Shown here: in pieces, positions 35,580 to 38,403 of the stretch | Layout: every line of letters begins with the position of its first letter | How positions within the stretch are numbered: position 1 is the stretch's first letter | Assembly: GCA_040901665.1 (NCBI GenBank) | Contig: JBBDYK010000138.1 | Span: forward strand, 1-38,403 | DNA: 38,403 nt | Direction of reading: 5' to 3' | Source of the DNA: Pirellulales bacterium | Lineage (GTDB): Bacteria; Planctomycetota; Planctomycetia; Pirellulales; PALSA-1355 | Notes under the pieces: generated by a model | What the model was told of the DNA's origin: nothing | Seen by the model: the letters and a program-made list of their open reading frames with translations, nothing else | Database searches by the model: none | Position numbers and translations under genes: made by a program

Positions 35580-37166
35580 ATGCCATCCCTTCTCGCCGCA
35601 GAACGCAGTCTCGCCGACGTGTTTCAACCTGGTCAGGTTGTGTGCCAAAGCCATCCCGACCATCTGGCCAGCATCGCCCGGCTGTTCAGCGTTGAGACCG
35701 TGGCCGTCGATCGTTGCCGCGTGCTGGAGGTCGGTTGCGGCGCGGGCTTGAACCTGCTGCCGATGGCCGAGCGACACCCCGACAGCACGTTTGTCGGGCT
35801 CGATCGGTCGCCCGCGGCAGTGACAACAGCTCGGCAGTTGGCGGCGAGTGTCGAGTTGCACAACATCGCGTTTCACGAACTCCTGCTGGAATCTGCCGAC
35901 GACCGGCAAGGCACGTTCGATTACATCATCTGCCACGACGTGTACCCGCGCCTGCCGTTGGCGTTGCAGGACCAACTGATGGCGTTTTGCCGCGCGCATC
36001 TAAATCCGCGGGGGTTGCTCTATCTGAGTTGCCGTGCGCTGCCGGGCTGGATCGTGCCCAGCGTCGCGGGCGACCTGGCACGCAGCGCGGTGAGCGAACA
36101 GGACACGTTGCCGCAGCGCGTCGCGCGAGCGCGCCAGGCGCTGCGATTCTTCACCGAATCGATCCCGTCGGATGGCAAGGGCTGGGCGCGCTTGTTGCGC
36201 GGCGAGGCATCCCTTGCGCTGGGCCTGTCGGACGCGGCGCTGGCGCACGAGCACCTCGTCGCAGAGAGCCATCCCGTGCTCCTCCATGAGTTGGCCGGTC
36301 AGGCGGCAGCGCACGGATTGCAATACCTGGGTGACGCGGACATTCACACGATGTTTGCCGCATCGCTCGGACCGGCTGCGGAACACAATCTGGCACAGAT
36401 GGCTCGCGACTCGGTCTCGCTCGAGCAGTACATGGACTTGCTCTGCAACCGCAGCCTGCACCGCAGCTTGTTCTGCCACCGCGACGTGCATCGCACGTAT
36501 CAATGGACGCCCGATCGGCTACGGGGACTTTTCCTGGCCGGCAACTTGCAGGCCGCTGATCCTCCGGTTGACTTGTTGGCCGCCGAACCGGCTCGTTTCG
36601 CGGCGGCCGATGGACGTGTGTTCGGAGCGGCGCTGCCGGCCGCCAAAGCGGCGCTGGAATTGTTGGCAAGCCTGTGGCCTCGTGCCATCTCATGCGAAGC
36701 GCTGCTCGCCGCGGTCGAAGATCGCTTGCACCGCGCGGGCCCGGCTGCCCCGCCCTTCGACGAAGCGCAGCGCGACGAAATGGCGCGCAATCTCATCGAG
36801 TGCATGGTCAATGGCCTGATCGAGGTCCACAGCGATGCCGACCGCTTTACGGCCGACGTGAGCCAGCGCCCGCACGCGTCGCGCTGGGCTCGCGTCGAGG
36901 CCGAATCGCGCAACCAGGTGACCAACCTTCGCCACGAGCCGGTGGTGCTGGACGAAATGTCGCATAACCTGTTGCGCTTTCTCGATGGCCAGCGCAATCG
37001 CTCGGACTTGCTCACGCTGCTAGTGGAGGCAACCGAACGCGGACAGCTCTCGATCCTGCGCAGCGATCTGCCGGCCGGATCGGGCGCCGCCGCCGCGGAG
37101 ATCCTCGAGCAGGTGCTGGATCAGGCGCTTGCCAAGCTGGCCGGCCACTCGCTATTAATCGCATGA
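35580..37166 (+). CDS. Class I SAM-dependent methyltransferase with a long C-terminal 'methyltransferase regulatory domain'-type region
   Basis: From the ATG at 35580: motif I VLEVGCGAGLNLLPMAERHP, GLDRS and FDYIICHDVY, then ~380 aa resembling the predicted methyltransferase regulatory domain family (Pfam PF10119, by recollection). Confidence 0.8.
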   Translation: MPSLLAAERSLADVFQPGQVVCQSHPDHLASIARLFSVETVAVDRCRVLEVGCGAGLNLLPMAERHPDSTFVGLDRSPAAVTTARQLAASVELHNIAFHELLLESADDRQGTFDYIICHDVYPRLPLALQDQLMAFCRAHLNPRGLLYLSCRALPGWIVPSVAGDLARSAVSEQDTLPQRVARARQALRFFTESIPSDGKGWARLLRGEASLALGLSDAALAHEHLVAESHPVLLHELAGQAAAHGLQYLGDADIHTMFAASLGPAAEHNLAQMARDSVSLEQYMDLLCNRSLHRSLFCHRDVHRTYQWTPDRLRGLFLAGNLQAADPPVDLLAAEPARFAAADGRVFGAALPAAKAALELLASLWPRAISCEALLAAVEDRLHRAGPAAPPFDEAQRDEMARNLIECMVNGLIEVHSDADRFTADVSQRPHASRWARVEAESRNQVTNLRHEPVVLDEMSHNLLRFLDGQRNRSDLLTLLVEATERGQLSILRSDLPAGSGAAAAEILEQVLDQALAKLAGHSLLIA

Positions 37167-37230
37167 CGGTCGCGTACGACGCGAATCATCAGAGGCTTTG
37201 CTGGATCATCGAACCCGTCCGAGTAACTGT

Positions 37231-38403
37231 ATGTCGAACCCGTTGCGTTCAGTCGAGGAAATATTCGTCCGCCTGAACTCGCCCCTTCCGCAGGCCCAGC
37301 CCGAACAATTGGCCGCCATCGCTCGCGTGCGCGGCATGCAACCCTGCGCCGGGGAGCTCGCGGCGGTGTTGGAAATCGGTTGCGGCAGCGGCAGCAATCT
37401 TCTGCCGTTGGCCGAGCGATATCCGCGCGGGCGACTGCTGGGCCTCGACGTTTCGCCGAGCAAGATCGCCGCGGCGCAGCGCGCAGCCGCCGAGGCGGGG
37501 CTGGGAAACGTCGAGTTTCGCTGCGCGCCGATAGCGTCGATCGCGGGTGAATCGTTCGATTACATCATCGCGCCGGACGTGTACTCCTGGATCGATGAAG
37601 CCACACGCGACGCGCTGCTGGTGTTGTGCCAGCGGAACTTGGCGCCGCAAGGCATGGCGTACGTCAACTACAACGCCAACCCCGGCTGGAGATTGCACGA
37701 CGTGATGGGCGCTCTGATGCGCTTCGAAGCGCGTGGCGCAACGACCGCTGCTGGGCAACTGGCGGCGGGACGCAACTTGCTCGAGTTCGCTCGCGCCACG
37801 CTGCCCACCGGCGATGACGGCTACGGCGCGCTCGTGGTTGCCACGGCCGAGTCGATCCTGCGACAGCCCGACGCGGCACTGATCCGCAACTATCTGCAAG
37901 GCCCAAGCCACGCCGAGTACTATCCCGAGTTCGAAGCGCGCGCCCGACGTCACGAACTGCAAGTGTTGGGCGACGCCGGCGTGGGAATCCGCGTGACCGA
38001 TTTCCTGTCGGCTGCCGACGAACGGCGATTGGAAAGCCTGACCGACGACCCGGCCGAAAAAGAGCGGATGCGCGACATCGTGCACAACACGGCCCATCGA
38101 CAATCGGTATTGTGTCGGGCGGACGTGCCGCTGGACTTCGCGCTGGGAGCCTGGCGGCTTCGCAACCTGTATCTCGAAGGACGGATCGAGACCAAGGACC
38201 GGCCGGTTTCAATCGACACCACCGATTCCAGCACGTTCGTTTCGCACGACGGATATAGCATGACCACGGCCGTCCCCAGCGTGAAGGCTGCGATTACCCA
38301 CCTGGGCTCGCGATGGCCGCGGCGCATCGAGTTCGCGGCGTTAGTCGCTTACGTCGGCGAGCGGGCAGCGGCAGCCGGTCTACCGCTGTCAGCGCAGGAC
38401 GTG
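37231..38403 (+). CDS. Second, paralogous class I SAM-dependent methyltransferase with regulatory-domain region; 3' end outside the window
   Basis: Not in the ORF track because no stop is reached. The frame from the ATG at 37231 is open for 391 codons to the window edge. It encodes VLEIGCGSGSNLLPLAERYP, GLDVS and FDYIIAPDVY and is collinear with 35580-37166. The 284-aa minus-strand ORF here is R-rich antisense noise. Confidence 0.8.
   Translation, partial: MSNPLRSVEEIFVRLNSPLPQAQPEQLAAIARVRGMQPCAGELAAVLEIGCGSGSNLLPLAERYPRGRLLGLDVSPSKIAAAQRAAAEAGLGNVEFRCAPIASIAGESFDYIIAPDVYSWIDEATRDALLVLCQRNLAPQGMAYVNYNANPGWRLHDVMGALMRFEARGATTAAGQLAAGRNLLEFARATLPTGDDGYGALVVATAESILRQPDAALIRNYLQGPSHAEYYPEFEARARRHELQVLGDAGVGIRVTDFLSAADERRLESLTDDPAEKERMRDIVHNTAHRQSVLCRADVPLDFALGAWRLRNLYLEGRIETKDRPVSIDTTDSSTFVSHDGYSMTTAVPSVKAAITHLGSRWPRRIEFAALVAYVGERAAAAGLPLSAQDV

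Noticed and set aside
37249-38103. 284-aa minus-strand ORF and neighbouring minus-strand ORFs (37664-38212, 37950-38327)
   Set aside because: The plus strand carries an open frame from 37231 to the window edge that is clearly paralogous to the preceding methyltransferase. The minus-strand products are R-rich antisense artefacts.
1-38403. Mobile elements, CRISPR arrays, tRNA/rRNA genes, defence or toxin-antitoxin modules
   Set aside because: I saw no transposase, integrase or recombinase-like ORF and no regularly spaced direct repeats. I found no tRNA T-loop (GGTTCGAATCC-like) signature outside coding context and no small paired ORFs typical of TA systems. Absence by eye is not proof; tRNAscan, Infernal and defence-HMM scans would settle it.

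Overview
GC-rich chromosomal segment whose gene content looks like Planctomycetota. It carries two Tat-signal DUF1501 proteins, two PEP-CTERM proteins, an exported ThuA-like protein, an exported prenyltransferase-repeat protein, a TPR/redoxin fusion and a eukaryote-like Ser/Thr kinase. I call 30 protein-coding genes; both edge genes are truncated by the window. Confident housekeeping calls are ftsK, truB, hemB, hemL, tsaB, an RND pump with its adaptor, a Delta9-type desaturase with a PlsC-type acyltransferase, an SDR and an OmpH/Skp chaperone. I saw no rRNA, tRNA, CRISPR array, transposase, integrase, phage gene or recognisable defence or toxin-antitoxin gene. The many long R/A/G-rich ORFs antisense to real genes are the usual high-GC artefacts. 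No single locus is demonstrably a new system from sequence alone. The best candidates for follow-up are: (1) two tandem, diverged paralogs of an uncharacterised methyltransferase plus regulatory-domain family at 35580-38403, which run off the window; (2) an exported two-gene module at 28622-32137, a TPR/CxxC thioredoxin-fold protein plus an unrecognisable secreted protein; (3) a ~26-nt element with phased hexamer repeats shared by the upstream regions of the desaturase operon and the TPR-redoxin operon; (4) a different 20-nt element shared upstream of the RND operon and ftsK; (5) an exported alpha/alpha-toroid repeat protein with a single CxxCH motif next to an orphan DUF1501 gene; (6) an FtsK with a ~110-aa C-terminal extension, mostly acidic, after its gamma domain. 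All functional assignments come from reading motifs by eye. No database search was run.
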